This document shows, one piece after another, positions 13,085-28,183 of a stretch of DNA of 64,000 bases (position 1 is the stretch's first letter; each line of letters opens with the position of its first letter). The stretch lies in assembly GCF_009914755.1 (NCBI RefSeq), contig NC_060930.1; one strand, given 5' to 3'. Made by a program: the position numbers and the translations under genes. Origin of the DNA: the human T2T-CHM13v2.0 reference genome, Homo sapiens. The notes beneath the pieces were generated by a model. The model did not search any database. It saw nothing but the letters and a program-made list of their open reading frames with translations, and was not told where the DNA came from.

Positions 13085-13337
13085 ACTAATAATAATATCT
13101 AACATGTTGGGTATAACATAATATGTGAAACACAACTTTAAATGCTTCCCATGTATTATTTCATTAATATTCTCAAAAATCCTATGAATTAGGTAATATT
13201 ATTTTTCACATTATAAAATGAAGACATGAAGGCATAGGGTGGTCCAATAACTTGATGAAGGTTTCAGGGCTAATAAGAGGCAGAGAGCTTGGATATGAGT
13301 CTAGAGAGTCAGATTTCAGAGCCCTTGTGTTTATCCA
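13085..13337 (-). mobile_element. MIR (near full length)
   Basis: ATTATTTCATTAATATTCTCAAAAATCCTATGAATTAGGT...GAAGACATGAAGGCATAG...AGAGTCAGATTTCAGAGCCC. Confidence 0.85.
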
Positions 13338-14099
13338 ACTGTAGTATAATGCACAAACATCCAAGGAGGCTTTTTATTTAAAGAGCATGTAGGAATACTG
13401 ACCTGACAGTGGCAATGAGAGTCTTGGCCCTCAGATATGTGGATATGAGAAAACCAGGCATAACTTGGAAGAAGAGGGCTATAGGAAGGTGGTATCCTCA
13501 GAGGGTAAGTCAAGTTTTGGATTAAAAATAATAAGGTAGAGGAAAAGATCCCCAAAATTATGGGGCATAGCAGCATTTGCTTGTTCCTAGAGAAATGTAG
13601 AAAGGGTGTGGAATATGGAGGATATATAGGTCCTAGGTCAAGGCTCGGAGAGGGTACCGGTGTTGTGGTTGAACAGTTGTGGATTATACACAGATGCATG
13701 ACCAACAGATGAGGGATAAAATCCACTCACTCATGGAACTGCATCCACCCATGGAGGCACTTTTTCTTAATTCGTACAAAGGTGTTGTAGAGGACAGCAG
13801 AGACCCTAAAGAATTTACACTTTGTACATTGCATTAAATGATGAAAAACAAGACATGTTTTAGTGGGTTTAAACTCAGGTGTCTCTTTGAGGAGGGCAGA
13901 CATTGGGCTCAGCAGCCAAGGGACTTGTCCCCTTGGAGTGCGATGCTGATGGACCCAGACACTGCTCATTCCCTCTACTGTGCTGTCAGGCTGATGGTGG
14001 ACCAATTGCTGAGAATTTATCTGAGCCACACTAGTCCAAAGCCCAGAACTCATCCTCGACAACTTCCTCTCCCTTCCTGCTCTGTGTCTGATCCATTAC

Positions 14100-14740
14100 C
14101 AACCTGAAATTTTCTCTGTGTGTTCCTTTCCTCCATCTCCTCCTACTGCACTAGTAAGCTTCTATATCTGTCCCTCTCCAATCCATTCTTTATGTTACAG
14201 CCAAAGCTATAACCCACGTTAATACTCCCTCCTTCTTAAGTAGCCTATTGGTACTGACCGTTTTGTTTCTGTGACCTTCATTTTCCACCTTGTGAGGGTG
14301 ATGAGTATCCCCTTCCCTCTTTCTACTTTAGCCACTCTGCAACTCTCAGTCCCTCACATTTGCCATGTTCCTCCTGCCACAGTTCCTTTGCATATTCTGT
14401 TCTGCATATGAGAATGTACTTTTTTCCTCTTTTCATTTAGGTTATTCTTACTTATCTTCATATGTCGGTTCAAGATTTATGCCCTCCAGGAGGCCTTCCC
14501 TGGTTTCTCTGAACAGGTCAAGTATCCTGTTGTAGACTCTCATAACCCCTCTGTACAGCACCCTGATAGCACTCATCATAGTCAACATTTGCTTTATGTT
14601 TGCCCCACCACCCCCAGTAACACTGCTAGATCCGCTAGGACAGGACTGTGTATTATTGCTGCTTATTCTGTCACCAGTGTCTAGTACACGGCCTGCCATA
14701 CAGTGAGCATGCTTATAACACATACTGGTGAGAAAATAGT
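14100..14740 (+). mobile_element. L2 3' region
   Basis: CCTTTGCATATTCTGTT...CCTCCAGGAGGCCTTCCCTG...CCAGTGTCTAGTACACGGCCTGCCATACAGTGAGCATGC. Confidence 0.85.
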
Positions 14741-15179
14741 TAAAAGTTGTTCCATTCCACTGGGATCTAATTCTCTGTGGGTTACAGAAACTTGTTTGAA
14801 GAAAAAGCACTTCACCTGGAGCTCGTCATCCTTCACCGTTAAAATTGTGCATCTCTCCCTTGTGCATTTAAATGAGGTCTAGACATTTAACGCCTTGACA
14901 GTTCACTGCATGCATGGTACTTACAAAAGTATGCATTGTCAATAAAGGCCAATATACTCCTAAGAGGCACAAATAGGAAAATTGGTAAAATGCAACCAGC
15001 TTCCTATGAGAGAGGTCAGACCACAGCAGCTTTCTCTCATGTATAGGCATCTTGCACAGAAAAACTGTAATCATGCAAAGACACGGCAGAGCACAATTAC
15101 CCTGTACTTGACATAATAGGCTCTGATTGAGTGTAGCATGCATTTCGTTTAACTAGATTTTTGAATGGAGAATGAGTCA

Positions 15180-15480
15180 ACCATGTGGAAAATGGTACTT
15201 GGTTTTGGAGTCAAGAAATCTGGGTTTGAGTTATGGCTCTGGCATTTATTATTTGTGCGACCTTGGGCAAGGAATAGAAAAATTCACGCGCATTGGGCAT
15301 CTATAGGCATTTTGATAGGTCTGTTATTAACTTACTCCTCTCTTCAACTGTGTAAAGTAGAGATTATCATTATTCTCATTTTTATGAGGAAATAAGAAAA
15401 AAAGCAAGAACCAGGTCAGAAAATGAGGCTCGCATCTAGGATTGTGACTCAAAATTCAAGCTCTGTTTATCACATTATGC
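15180..15480. mobile_element. Two MIR fragments in opposite orientation
   Basis: Plus strand: TTTGGAGTCAAGAAATCTGGGTTTGAG...GACCTTGGGCAAG. Minus strand: ATTATTCTCATTTTTATGAGGAAA...TGACTCAAAATTC. Confidence 0.6.
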
Positions 15481-17709
15481 CTGCTAGGATGCTTGAGATC
15501 TTAGAATCCACCTCTATTGTATGTAAACAGGCATAATAATGGTGTCTTTAGGAGAATATGGTTTTGCCATTATATCAACAGAGCTGTAGAAGTGTAATTG
15601 TTGCTCAGCAAGTCTTAGGATTTAATTAACAAGTAGGGTGAAGTGACTATGAATTATCAAATTTCAATTACGAAGTGCCACCTGCCAAAAATTGTTTAAA
15701 ATTTGATGTCATTTATTCCACTACCAAAATACTGTAAGTATATTATTTTTTCATATATACATATACTTAAAACAACACAAATGAAATAGAGCAGCACAAA
15801 AGAATAGCCCAGAGTTTTTAACCATTATTTTTTGAGCTTCTATTTAATCCTGGTCATAGAATTTAAAAAAATCTGAACTTCAAGAATAAATTTGGTAATT
15901 TTAGGACATTTTTAAGGTTTTGGAACTTTTTCCACTTTTTCTTTTCTTTAATGCTAAATTATGAGATAATTTATTTGTCAAATGAGGATTTGCCTTGATC
16001 TTATTCATTGAAAAAATGGATAGTCTAGTATTTTTTAAAAAATTGCTTAGAATTAAATACCTCGGTTGGGGAGCAAGCAATGATTTCTTGACAAAATAAT
16101 CTGAAATGTTAATAATAATTAATATATATTACTATAATTTCTCCACCATATTAAAGATTTTTTTCCTTTACCTATATTGAAGGCATTAAGTGCTTAGATT
16201 TTGGAACCAGGTTAATTATATTTTTCCAATATCAGCAGTATGAAATTTTGCTAACAATATAGTGTTAATACATTGCAAATATCACATTTCTATATAATAC
16301 TTTAAATGAGATTGAACATTTCTACTGATAATTGCAAAATTTAACCCCCTGATGTAGACCAGTGGCAAAGAAACTTAAAAGGTCTGAACTATTAAATATT
16401 TTGAAATAATTGTAATTGTAATATTTTCAGGTTCATATTTTGCAAGTCAATCCAAGGCCCTTGGAAAACAAGTGAGGGCTGGTACCTGGTTTCTGAATGG
16501 TACTGGAAGGGAGTTTTCATACTATAATGATTCAAAAATATAATACAATTGTAATTCAAAATAAAGTATTCACAGTGCATGCCTCTCTAGGCATTGTTAG
16601 AGACAAGTTTCTATACTCAGTAGACCCAAATGGATGATCAGAGATGGGACTCTAATGGCCACAGAATGCAGAAACAGCACCCAAATAGAGTGTAATGTGG
16701 ACAGCTCGTATCTGCCTCAGCTGCAGCTTATGGCCCACATCATCTAAGGTTATTTGATGCCAGCCTTAAATCAAGCAAACACATAAACAAAATAAATGAA
16801 CTGACATACCACATGGTAAGGAAATCCAACATGTGAAATAAAAACTTTATCTTTTGTAGATTTAAATCCAATTTGGGTAATTTTTAAAACGTGATAACAC
16901 AAAAACATTCTTAATTAGTAAACTCATTTGTAAACCTTATCACACATCTCTAAGTTTTTAAGACTGTGCCTTATAACAGCCTATGTTTATTAATTGACAA
17001 AATACTCTTTACATTTAATTATGACAACTATTCCTAGGAAATGGATGGTGGGTGCTAGGATATCCATGACATTTTCTCTATTTTCTTTTATTTTTTAGTT
17101 TTCCAACTGAAAACAGCCTTTTCTTGATATCTTTTAATCAAATATTTTTGTTTTTTTTTTCAAAATGTGCCTAGGAATATACAGATTATCTAGAGATACG
17201 ATTATGTGATCTGGATTGGATTCACTATACTTATACTAACAATTCCAATGTTTCCAAAATTTTTTGCTCATATGTAAACTGCCTTAACTGAAGCATGTCT
17301 TTGTCAATATCTCTTTTATAGCACAGTTACAGCATGATAATAAGATTATGAAAACAAAATGAATACACTGTTAACAAGAATGACTACTCAATTTCGGTTC
17401 TTAAATTCCTTTATATGATATTGCAAGTCCTAGTCTTTCATAGTTGCTCCTATATTGCCTATATATTTATTTTATTGCCTTTGCCATGTCATATGCTATT
17501 GTTTTCTGTTTAATTATTCCTGTTTCTAATTTATAATATATTCATATATCTTATGAGACATAAAAATGATTATTGCACGAGAAATGATGTGGTCACCTAG
17601 GTTATTGCAATGTACTAGATTTTGCTCAAGCATTATCTTGCTTATAAACTCCATGGGAGTCACCTTAAAACAATGTATATTGAAATATAAACACAATATT
17701 TATAGTACC

Positions 17710-18501
17710 ATTTATTGGCCTGGGTACAATCAAGAGACAATATCGACTTAGTAATTTAAACATGGGAAATTTAACATAAAAATTATTAAACAATGATAAA
17801 AGAACAACTATAAACATGAAAACAGGGAGAGTAGTTAAGGAAGGACAAATTTGGAAAGAGGCTATGACCACACTGAAGAAGGTGTAATTGCTGACCACTG
17901 GATCGCAGAGACATTTGGTAAATTGCTTCCTGCAGAGCTGGTCCACAGTCACCAGGCGAAGTAGGTACAACTCTCTAGGGCACAGGTGATCTTAGGCTAA
18001 GAAGTGGGACCATAGAGAGTCAGCATCAAAACCCAGAGCTTTTCTATTTGTGGCTTGGGTAGGGTGGCTCTGGGCTACACAGGATGGAGGTCATGCCACA
18101 AGCTTGCTGATTATCAGCTCCACAGTACCCCTTACATTCATATCACTCAGGGTTGTGGGCAGCAGTTAACAGGGCTAGCGCACAGGTCAGATTTTTCTGG
18201 GGCTTCCACTATGCCATTGTTTCCTGAGTCAAGAACTGTAGAAAACACACTGTGAAAGCTGTACCCTCTAAGCCCTTGACAATGGTGAAAACCACGTGGA
18301 ATAGACAGTGGGGAAAAAGTGCACTACCAGGAGGGAAGCCTCTGCCTTCTTGAAATGTCTTTGTATTGCCCTCTACTGATAAGTTTAGCATCATGATAGC
18401 CAAAAAAGAAAAAAATAAAGGTGAAGGGCCTAGATTTATTTTCACAGGGAAGGCAACCAGGGATGAATTTGGGGCTATGAGGCATTATCAATAATTGCCA
18501 C
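17710..18501 (-). mobile_element. ERVL-class solo LTR (LTR41/LTR33-like)
   Basis: The reverse complement begins TGTGGCAATTATTGATAATGCCTCATAGCCCCAAATTC...TCAGTAGAGGGCAATAC. About 800 bp. Confidence 0.65.
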
Positions 18502-18510
18502 ACGCCACAA

Positions 18511-18647
18511 TTATTTTTAAATTTATTTTACTTGTTTATATTTTAGAGATAGGGTTTTGCTATGTTGCCTAGGATGAAGTGCGTTGGCACAATCATAGCT
18601 CATTCTAGCCTCGAACTTCTGGGCTTCAGTGATCTTCCTGCCTTGGC
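18511..18647 (-). mobile_element. Old Alu monomer fragment (AluJ/FRAM-like)
   Basis: TTTTAGAGATAGGGTTTTGCTATGTTGCCTAGG...GCACAATCATAGCTCA...CTGGGCTTCAGTGATCTTCCTGCC. Confidence 0.85.
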
Positions 18648-19518
18648 GTGAAGAGAATAGCACTGGTCTTGAGGTTGGGCAAGAATCTTACCCTTTCTCA
18701 ACTTTGGCGTGTTCCTCTGTAAAATAAGAAAGTTTTATAAAATCAATAATTCCACATTTCAATATAAAAACTCCTGAGACTCCATAGAAATTATACTGCT
18801 TTGAGACTTTCCACCCATTCTTTAACCAGAACTGCTTTACCATTATTTACTTACCATAGTGCGGTCCCTGTGAGGGAAAGTGATCGTGGAGGTCAGGTTG
18901 TAACTTTGGGTTGGGTCTGGATATGTGTGGACAGACTATTGACAAAAGACTCTCTTTCTCTTGCTTTCACACAGTTTCAGGAGCTATGGTTCTGTTCCTC
19001 ATAAGGTTTTGTTTGAAGAATATTTCTTCCAGTTATAAATAAATAAGAAACAATAAATTAAATGACATCTAAATTTCCTTCCTACTGCGAATTTCTACAG
19101 TTGCTTGTTTCAGTTGTATTATCTAGTCAATTTGTGTGATTATTTTCATTGCACTACTTAGCCTGTTAGGCCTGGCCTTAGCCCAGAGTTTGTGTTCTTC
19201 CAGACTTTTCTCCAAGCGTTTGCACCTCCACGACCTGCACAAGTCATGGTTTTGTTTGCTTCCTTGCTCTTGGATGTGATTCTGATCTCTGGCCCTTGGA
19301 CATCTGGTTAGTTCTGGTCAGTTCCCACCCTGGACCAGCCCCAGAGATTACACAGGTATGGATTCTAACATCTGCTGTGCTCCTATCCATTCCTAGTTTG
19401 CTATGCTCCTGAGGACAAACAGAGCAATGAGGATAGAATAGAAAGGTATGGGCATTATATTAGATTAACAACCATTAGATGAAACAAGAGATTATTGCAA
19501 ATTAAGGTGGTGAAGATG

Positions 19519-19881
<363 letters not shown>

Positions 19882-20288
19882 TCATTACCTTGGATGCCCC
19901 TTGTTTAATCTTGTCACTTTTGATGTACACTGCAATGGTCATCAGCATACCTTTCAACCCTTCCTGTAGACAACTGCCCAAACAGCTCATTTAGGCCATG
20001 GGCAGTTTTGGCAGCCTTGGATGCTAAATGCAGCTGAATTCACCTACCTTTCTACACCATCCATGGCTTCTGAATCTCCCCCATGAAGACACTCCATATC
20101 TTGCCTGCATCTTTTTCATGTCTGTGATGGAACTGCAGTGGTTAAGAATTTGACTGCAACAGGGTGTGATGCCTTATCATAACAAGGAAGGTATTTACTA
20201 CAAGTTGATAGCAGGACCCACCGCTTATCTTTCAGCTAGAAATAGATATATTTGACAAAACATCTATGTAATACTCTGTGCCAGATTA

Positions 20289-20664
20289 CAGTCATGTGCC
20301 GTATAATAACATTTTGGTCAATGACAGATCACAAATATGACAGTGGTCCCATAAAATTATAATGCCATAATACCATATTTTTATTGTACCTGTGCTATGT
20401 TTAGATATGTATAAAATATATACATATCTAAAGAAATTTCACAAATAAATACTATTGTGTTACAATTGCCTGCATATGTAGTACAGTAACATGCTGTGCA
20501 GATTTGTAGCCTAGGAGCAATTGGCTATACCATATAATCTAGGTGTATAGTAGGCTATACCATCTAGGTTTGTGTAAGTATGCTCTATGGTGGTCACAGG
20601 CCAATGAATTACCTAACAATGCATTTCTCAGAATGTATCCCCATCATGAAACAATACATGACTC
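20289..20664 (+). mobile_element. Tigger3a (MER7A-type) MITE
   Basis: Termini TA|CAGTCATGTGCCGTATAATAAC and AATACATGACTC|TA, with internal TTTGTAGCCTAGGAGCAAT. Confidence 0.92.
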
Positions 20665-20699
20665 TATATGAATATACTAGGTTTGGTGGAAAATTTTGC

Positions 20700-21190
20700 T
20701 TTATAGGAGGTATTATTTAGGGTCTTTTCTAAACTGTTTTTCAGAAGACACTCCACAAAATTTATAAATAAAATAGAATGGTTTTCTCTCTTACCTAATA
20801 GTCCAGGGTGGCAGGTAGACATTTCTCCACAAGGCCATCTAGGGACTCAAATGTGTGATGCATTTCTGCCGCTACTGCCACAAATGCTGTGAAGCTTCCA
20901 TCTCTGGGTCTAGAGAATTTATTCCAGTAAATTTCTTTACAGGATGAAAGATATCTCACCAGCACAAGGGAGGTGGGAAGAGAACATGGAAGTCAAGCAC
21001 CTTTTTAAAAGATTTGAAATGGAAGCTGTGCACATGACTGTGGATCATACCTCTCATTCACGGCCACATACAGCTGCAAGTCTCTACGCTTATGGCCATA
21101 CAGCTCAGCCAAAAGGGGTGTATGTGGGAAGTTCTGTTAATAAAAAGAGGAAGGGGAGAATAAATAATAGTAGGGGACAATAACATTCAA
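20700..21190 (-). mobile_element. Old MaLR LTR (MLT1J-like)
   Basis: CTCCACAAGGCCATCTAGGGAC...CACGGCCACATACAGCTGCAAG...GAAGGGGAGAATAAATA. Confidence 0.6.
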
Positions 21191-21534
21191 TTTAATATAT
21201 ACATTGAATCAAGGAATACTTCACCACAATAACCACTAAAAGATACACACACACGCACACATACCCACACACACTACTCCTATCGATGTCTATCTATATA
21301 AGATATATATATATTATATCATATATATAATATATATCTTAGCTGAAAGTAAAGGGAAATATCCTAAAGCACTGCTCAGTTCTGTGAATACCCTAAGCAC
21401 TTTTTATAGACATAGAGAGGATCTCAGAAGACTAAGACTAGCATGATGTTTAAAAGGCAAACCAAATATATGGAACTAGAATAAAAACTTATTTTGAAAA
21501 GACACAGCTAAATATTCTCGTGTAAACTTTTTGA

Positions 21535-22010
21535 GGCTGTTTTAGTGAGGGTTACTGTTTGTATACAGCAAACTCTAACTGCACCTAGCACATGAAAACT
21601 AATTAGACTTATTAAAAGACTCTCCAGGGCTTGTAGACGTAACAGCACCTTGGACTACAGGTTTGAAAATAGGCATACGTTAAGAAGACAGTTTCAGATT
21701 GAGATATAAGAAATACAGCAACCATCTTCACCAGGAGAAACATGGCTAGCTAGGATGATGTCTCCACTGTTGTGGGACTATTACAAATGAATTACAACTT
21801 TCACTTTGTCTTTGGCTTATTCTCTCCAGATATAAAGTCTTAGGTGGGAGTATATGATTAGCTAAGACTTCATCACATGTCCTGTACTCTGGTTGCCTCT
21901 GTAACAAAAGTGGGGCAATTTCTCTTGCCAACACTACACATAATGGAGACTCCCCCAAAACTCAGAAGGGAGGTAAGATGCAAATTAAACAATTTTTAAG
22001 TCTACTACAG
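21535..22010 (-). mobile_element. Old MaLR LTR (MLT1K/L-like)
   Basis: GGTGGGAGTATATGATTAGCTAAGACTTCATCACATGTCC, ending TCTACTACA. Confidence 0.55.
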
Positions 22011-22139
22011 ATCCTGGCAAAGGCTTTCTAGTTTGATTTTATAGCCAGTGGTGATCTGCCTCCAAATCCTATCTATCTTGAATTATGGCTTATGCAGGTT
22101 TAATAAGTCACCTCTTACTAGTTTAATTCAGGAGCCTCT

Positions 22140-22750
22140 TCTCTTGTCTTGGACATTTTTGGTAATTAAGCCTACTCTTTCTACTTGAAACAACCATACT
22201 CATGTTTCAGGACTTTATCTCCCTCTGATTCTGCCTTCTCTGGTTGTTCTCTATCAGACTTTCATTTATTTCTCTATTTTCAAAAAACTGATTTTCTCTA
22301 GAAATTCAGTCTTTGCTTCTTTTTTCTTCTGAATTTCATACTATGAGCAACACCATTCACTTTTTACTTTCCACATTTAACACATATATAAATAAATTCC
22401 AAATCAACATACTTCCTGCTTGGCCTCTCTCCTCGTAAGATACAGATTGGAATTAAATGCTTACACCAAGAACTTCACATGCCCATAACCAAACTAAATA
22501 TGTTCTCACAAATTGTTTTTTTCCTCTTAATCTCTATCTTTATGAAAAAACACTATTTTTAATTGATGCAAACAGTTATTGAATCTTCTCTTTCTCTTCC
22601 TCAATCTCATAACCCCCATGAACATCCTTTTGGTTGTCAAGATCTATTAATTCTACGCTTAAGTCTTGCTTCTTTCTCTCTGCTCTTTTCTACCCTTACC
22701 CTCCCTGTCTTAGCTTAGGCCCTACATATTGTGTCTTTTAATGAACTGAT
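22140..22750 (+). mobile_element. L2 fragments
   Basis: Pyrimidine-rich degenerate L2 ORF2/3' sequence (CTACTTGAAACAACC..., TTCCAAATCAACAT...CCTCTCTCCT). Confidence 0.5.
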
Positions 22751-23394
22751 GATGGCCTATGGGTCAGTTATGTCATACCATATTTGTCTCCTTGGTGTTT
22801 AGTGCTTGGGATATAGTATCATTATCGAATTGAAACATTTTAAAATTCCATTGTAAAGGAGAAACGGTCTTGTATATATGACTAAATATATGTGCATCTG
22901 TGCCTACATTCACTATAATCATTATGACTTAGATAAGATGTAAAATAGATTTAATGACTAAAATATATGAACAATATATGGCAATTTATATGTGAATTAC
23001 TGTTTGAAGTATATGTGAAAATATCAGTGGGACATTTTAAAATCTTCTGTACACACTCATGTGTTCAATATTGAGCCAGTATATGAATGAGTCAGAGTAG
23101 CTGTGGCTTCTTGAGCTGGTTGCTCAGCTATTCCTGTGCTTTCCTTCTTTTACGTTTCTTTGTTCCACTTTATTTTACCCCAGTTTTAAACTCTTGATAA
23201 TTAAGTATGCAATACAGAGTTCAAAATCTAAGTTACATTTTCTGTGGATATTTTAAATTAATAATGGGAATGGAAATGTATCACTCAATACACCTCTAAT
23301 TTCAGTATTTTATTTTTTTAAAGTTAGCATTTGCAACTATTAAATCACTGTTAGTTCATTAAGATTAACCTTTCCAAAAACAATTAGCTCATTT

Positions 23395-23757
23395 CATATT
23401 AGTCCATTTTTATACTGCTATGAAGAAATAACTGAGACTGGGTAATGTATGAAGAAAAAGAGGTTTAATGGACTCACAGTTCCACATGGCTGGGGAGGCC
23501 TCACAATCATGACAGAAGGCAAAGGAGGAGCAAAGGCACGTCTTACATGGTGGCAGGCAAGAGAGTGTGTGCAGGGGAACTACCCTTTATAAAACCATCA
23601 GATCTCATGAGCTGTATTCACTATCATTAGAATAGCATGAGGAAAACCCGCCCCCATGATTAAATTAACTCCCATGTGGTCTCTCCCATGACATGTGGGG
23701 ATTATGGGAGCTACAATTCAAGATGAGATTTGGGTGGGACATAGCCAAACTGTATCA
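23395..23757 (-). mobile_element. THE1 (THE1C/D-like) solo LTR
   Basis: ATTAGTCCATTTTTATACTGCTATGAAGAAATA...ACTCACAGTTCCACATGGCTGGGGAGGCCTCACAATCATG...GAGATTTGGGTGGGACATAGCCAAACTGTATCA. Confidence 0.96.
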
Positions 23758-24237
23758 GAGTGCAATGACAATTTTTGTACAGTAAGCTGGATAGAGGTTA
23801 CCTGGGGCTTGGTAAAAAAAAAAAAAAAAAGCCATGGTTTATTTATATTAAATAATTTTAATAAAGTAACATACACATAATTAGGAAGGTATTACACACT
23901 AAATTTATATGCAATTTTTTAAATTAAAGCTTTCCGTCAGTTTTCATTCATGATCACAGCTTTCTCTTTTTAAATAATGGATGTTATATCTGAAGTGACT
24001 ACATACAATTCCTAATCAGGACTTTCATTTTGCTTTCTTAAAATTGTAAAAGACCGTGATTGATAAGCCATACGGTTCAGGCCAGGAGGTGATAAATAAT
24101 GTAAAATCATTTATTAAAGCATTAAACATTTTACAATTGGGATTACACTTAAAGAATATAAAACTCTCCATTTTTTATTGATAAAAGTAATGTTGAAATT
24201 TTTCAAAACACAAATGGATTTCAAATTCAATAGTACC

Positions 24238-25170
24238 TTTAAAAAATTTAAAATACTTTATTTCCAGCTTCATTGAGATACAACTAAAGTACAATAAACC
24301 ACATATCTATGAAGTATACAACCTGATAAGGTTTTTATATATGTATACACCAATAAAACTATCACTACTATTAAGAAAATGGACATATCAATGACCGTAA
24401 GTCCTATTTATACATCTTTATGACCCATCTCTCTTTCCTCCATGTCTTCAGGCAACCACTAATTTACTTTCTGTTTCTACAGATTAGGTTTCATTGTCTA
24501 AAATAAAATCATACAGTTTTCTCTCACTCAGCATAATTAGAGATTGATTCTTCTTGTTTAATCTGTTAATCATTTATTACTTTTATTGCTGAGTAGCATT
24601 CTATAGCAGGAGTATATTTTCTTTATACATTCACCTGTCAATGTACATATAGATTATTTCTAGGTTTTTGCATACCACATATAAAATTGTTATAAACATT
24701 CATTTACATATCTTTGTGTAAATACATGCTTTTATTTGTGTTGGGTAGATGGCTAGATCACATTATAGGTATATGCTTAAGCTGCCAAATGTTTTTCAAA
24801 GGCTATACTATTTAACATTTCCACCTGCAGTATATAAAAGTTCAAGTTCCTCCACATCCTAGTTAATATTTGGTATGGTAATTCTTTTTAATTTTATCAA
24901 TTCTAATAGGTATATGGTGTTTTACCATTGTGGTTTTAATTTGCATTATTTTAATGATTAATGATATTCAGAATCTTTCTGTTCTTATTTGATATTCACA
25001 TAACTTTGCTGAAGTATCTGTTCAAATATTGAACACATTTTTATTGGACTCTTCATCTACTAATTATTGAGTTTTGAGTTTTCCATGTAATCCAGATACA
25101 AATCATTTGCTGGGTCTGTATTTTGTCAATATTTTCTTCTGTGCCTTTCCTTTTCATTTTCTTAATGCTA
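24238..25170 (-). mobile_element. L1MD/L1ME 3' end
   Basis: CAGCTTCATTGAGATACAACT...CAGGCAACCACTAATTTACTTTCTG...TTGTGGTTTTAATTTGCATT. Confidence 0.88.
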
Positions 25171-27389
25171 ATTGGATTTGTAGTTAAAAATCTCACAAAG
25201 AAAATTGCCAAGCCCAGATATCTTCACTACTAAATAGAGTTAATAATGCATGTAGAAGTAAAGTATATGAAAACAAAGGAACAAAAGCAGAGGGAGAGGA
25301 AGTGGAAGAATTCTGTTATAAAAGACCTTACACAGTATGTGAAGTAGAATGAACTTACTTGAAGGTATACTTCCTTATATAAGGCATAGTTTTTGCTTCC
25401 TTTATTTTAAATAAAAGATACAAATATGCTAAATGCGAAAGTTTGTGAAAAATATTTCATGCTTACATTAATCAACAGAAAGATGGAATGTCTATATTCA
25501 TATAAGAAAATGTAGACTTTAGAACAAGGAACGTTTTATGGGATAAAGAGGGTCTTTTATGACAAAGTCATTAATTCATAAAAAGTCATTGCAAATCTAA
25601 ATGTGTATACACATAATACTAGAGCTTTAAGATTTATGAAGCAAAACCTGATAGAAATAAAAGATAAGAATAGATAAATTCACAGTTATAGTCAGATATT
25701 TCAACACTCCTCTCTCAATAATTGATAGAACAAGTAGACAGAAAATCAATAAGAATACAGGAGATTTGAACAAGGTTAACAACATGACATTTATAGGACA
25801 CCCCACCATAAAACAGCAGAATAATATCTTTTCAAGTGAAAACAGAAATTTTTGAAGACATAATTTTATGGGCCATAAAATACAGGTATCAATAAATTTA
25901 AAATAATTCAAGTATGTTTTCTGAAAAAATTGAATTAGTAATCAACAACAAAGTGATTTCTAGAAAATCCATAAATATTTGAAAACTTAATAACCTACTT
26001 CTAAGTAACACAGGGGCCAAAAAAAAGCACACACACACACACACACAAAGGAAATGAAAAGTTATTTTGAATTAAACAAAAGTGAAAACACTGTATATCA
26101 ACATTTGTAGGATATAACTTAAGCAGTGCTTAGAAAACTTTATAGCATTAAACACTCAGAAAAGGTGAAAGATCTCAAACCAATGATCTTAGCTTTAACC
26201 TAAACTAAAAAAGAAGAGTAAATTATATCCAACAAAAGCAGAAGAATGATAAGTAATAATTATAAATATGTAATAGTAATTAATAAATATAATAAAGATA
26301 AAATATACAGAGATACCTTGAAGCTATTGCAGGTTTCATTCCAGACCACTGCAATAAAGTGAATATTGCCATAAAGCAAGTCACATGAACTTTTTGGTTT
26401 CCCAGTGCACATAAGCATTACATTTACACAATAGTTTAGTCTATTAAGTATACAAAACATTATATCTAAACAAATGTGCATACCTTAGTTAAATTTTTTT
26501 TTTTTTTCTAAAAAATGCTACCAATCATCTGAGACTTCAGGCAATCCCAAGGTTTTTGATGGTGGACATTCTTGCCTTGATGTTAATAGCTACTGACTAA
26601 TCAGGGTAGTGGTTGCTGAAGGTTAGAGTGGCTATGGCAACTTTTTAAAATAAAAGACCAATGAAGTTTGCTGCATCAATCAACTTTTCCTGTCATAAAA
26701 AATTTCTGTACCATGCAATGCTATTTGATAACGTTTGACCCACAATAGAACTTTTTTCAAAATTGGAGTTAATACTCTCAAACCCTTCTGCTGATTTATC
26801 AAATAAGTTTATGAAATGTTCTAAATCATTCATTGTCATTTCAACAAGGTTCAGAGCATCTTCTCCAGGATCAGATTCCATCTCAAGAAACCATTCTTTC
26901 TCATCTATAAGAATCAACTCCTCATCTGTTCAAGTTTGATCATGAGATTGAAACACTCCAGTTGCATCTTCAGATTCCTCTTCTAATTCTCTTGCTATTT
27001 CCACCAGGCCTGTAGTTACTTCCTCCACTAAAGTTTTGAACTCCTCAAAGTCATCTATAAGGGTTGAAATAAACTTCTTCCAAACTCCTGTTAATGTTGA
27101 TATTTTGACCTCCTGCCATGAATTATGAATGTTCTTAATGACATCTAGGATTGTGACTCTTTACCAGGTTTTTAGTTTACTTTGCCCACATCTTTCAGAA
27201 GAATCACTATCTATGACAGCCATAGCCTTCTGAGTTTCTTTTCTTTCTTTCTTTCTTTTTTTTTGTTTTGACAGGGTCTCACTTTGTTGCCCAGGCTGGA
27301 GTGCATTAAGCCTCAAACTCCTGGGCTCAAGCAATCCTCCTGCCTCAGCCTCCTCTGTGCTAGGACTACAGCCACATGCCACCATACCT

Positions 27390-28183
<794 letters not shown>

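Noticed and set aside
13331-14107. Back-to-back 131-aa and 111-aa minus-strand ORFs
   Set aside because: No similarity to any protein I recognise, and no processed-pseudogene hallmarks such as poly(A) or a TSD.
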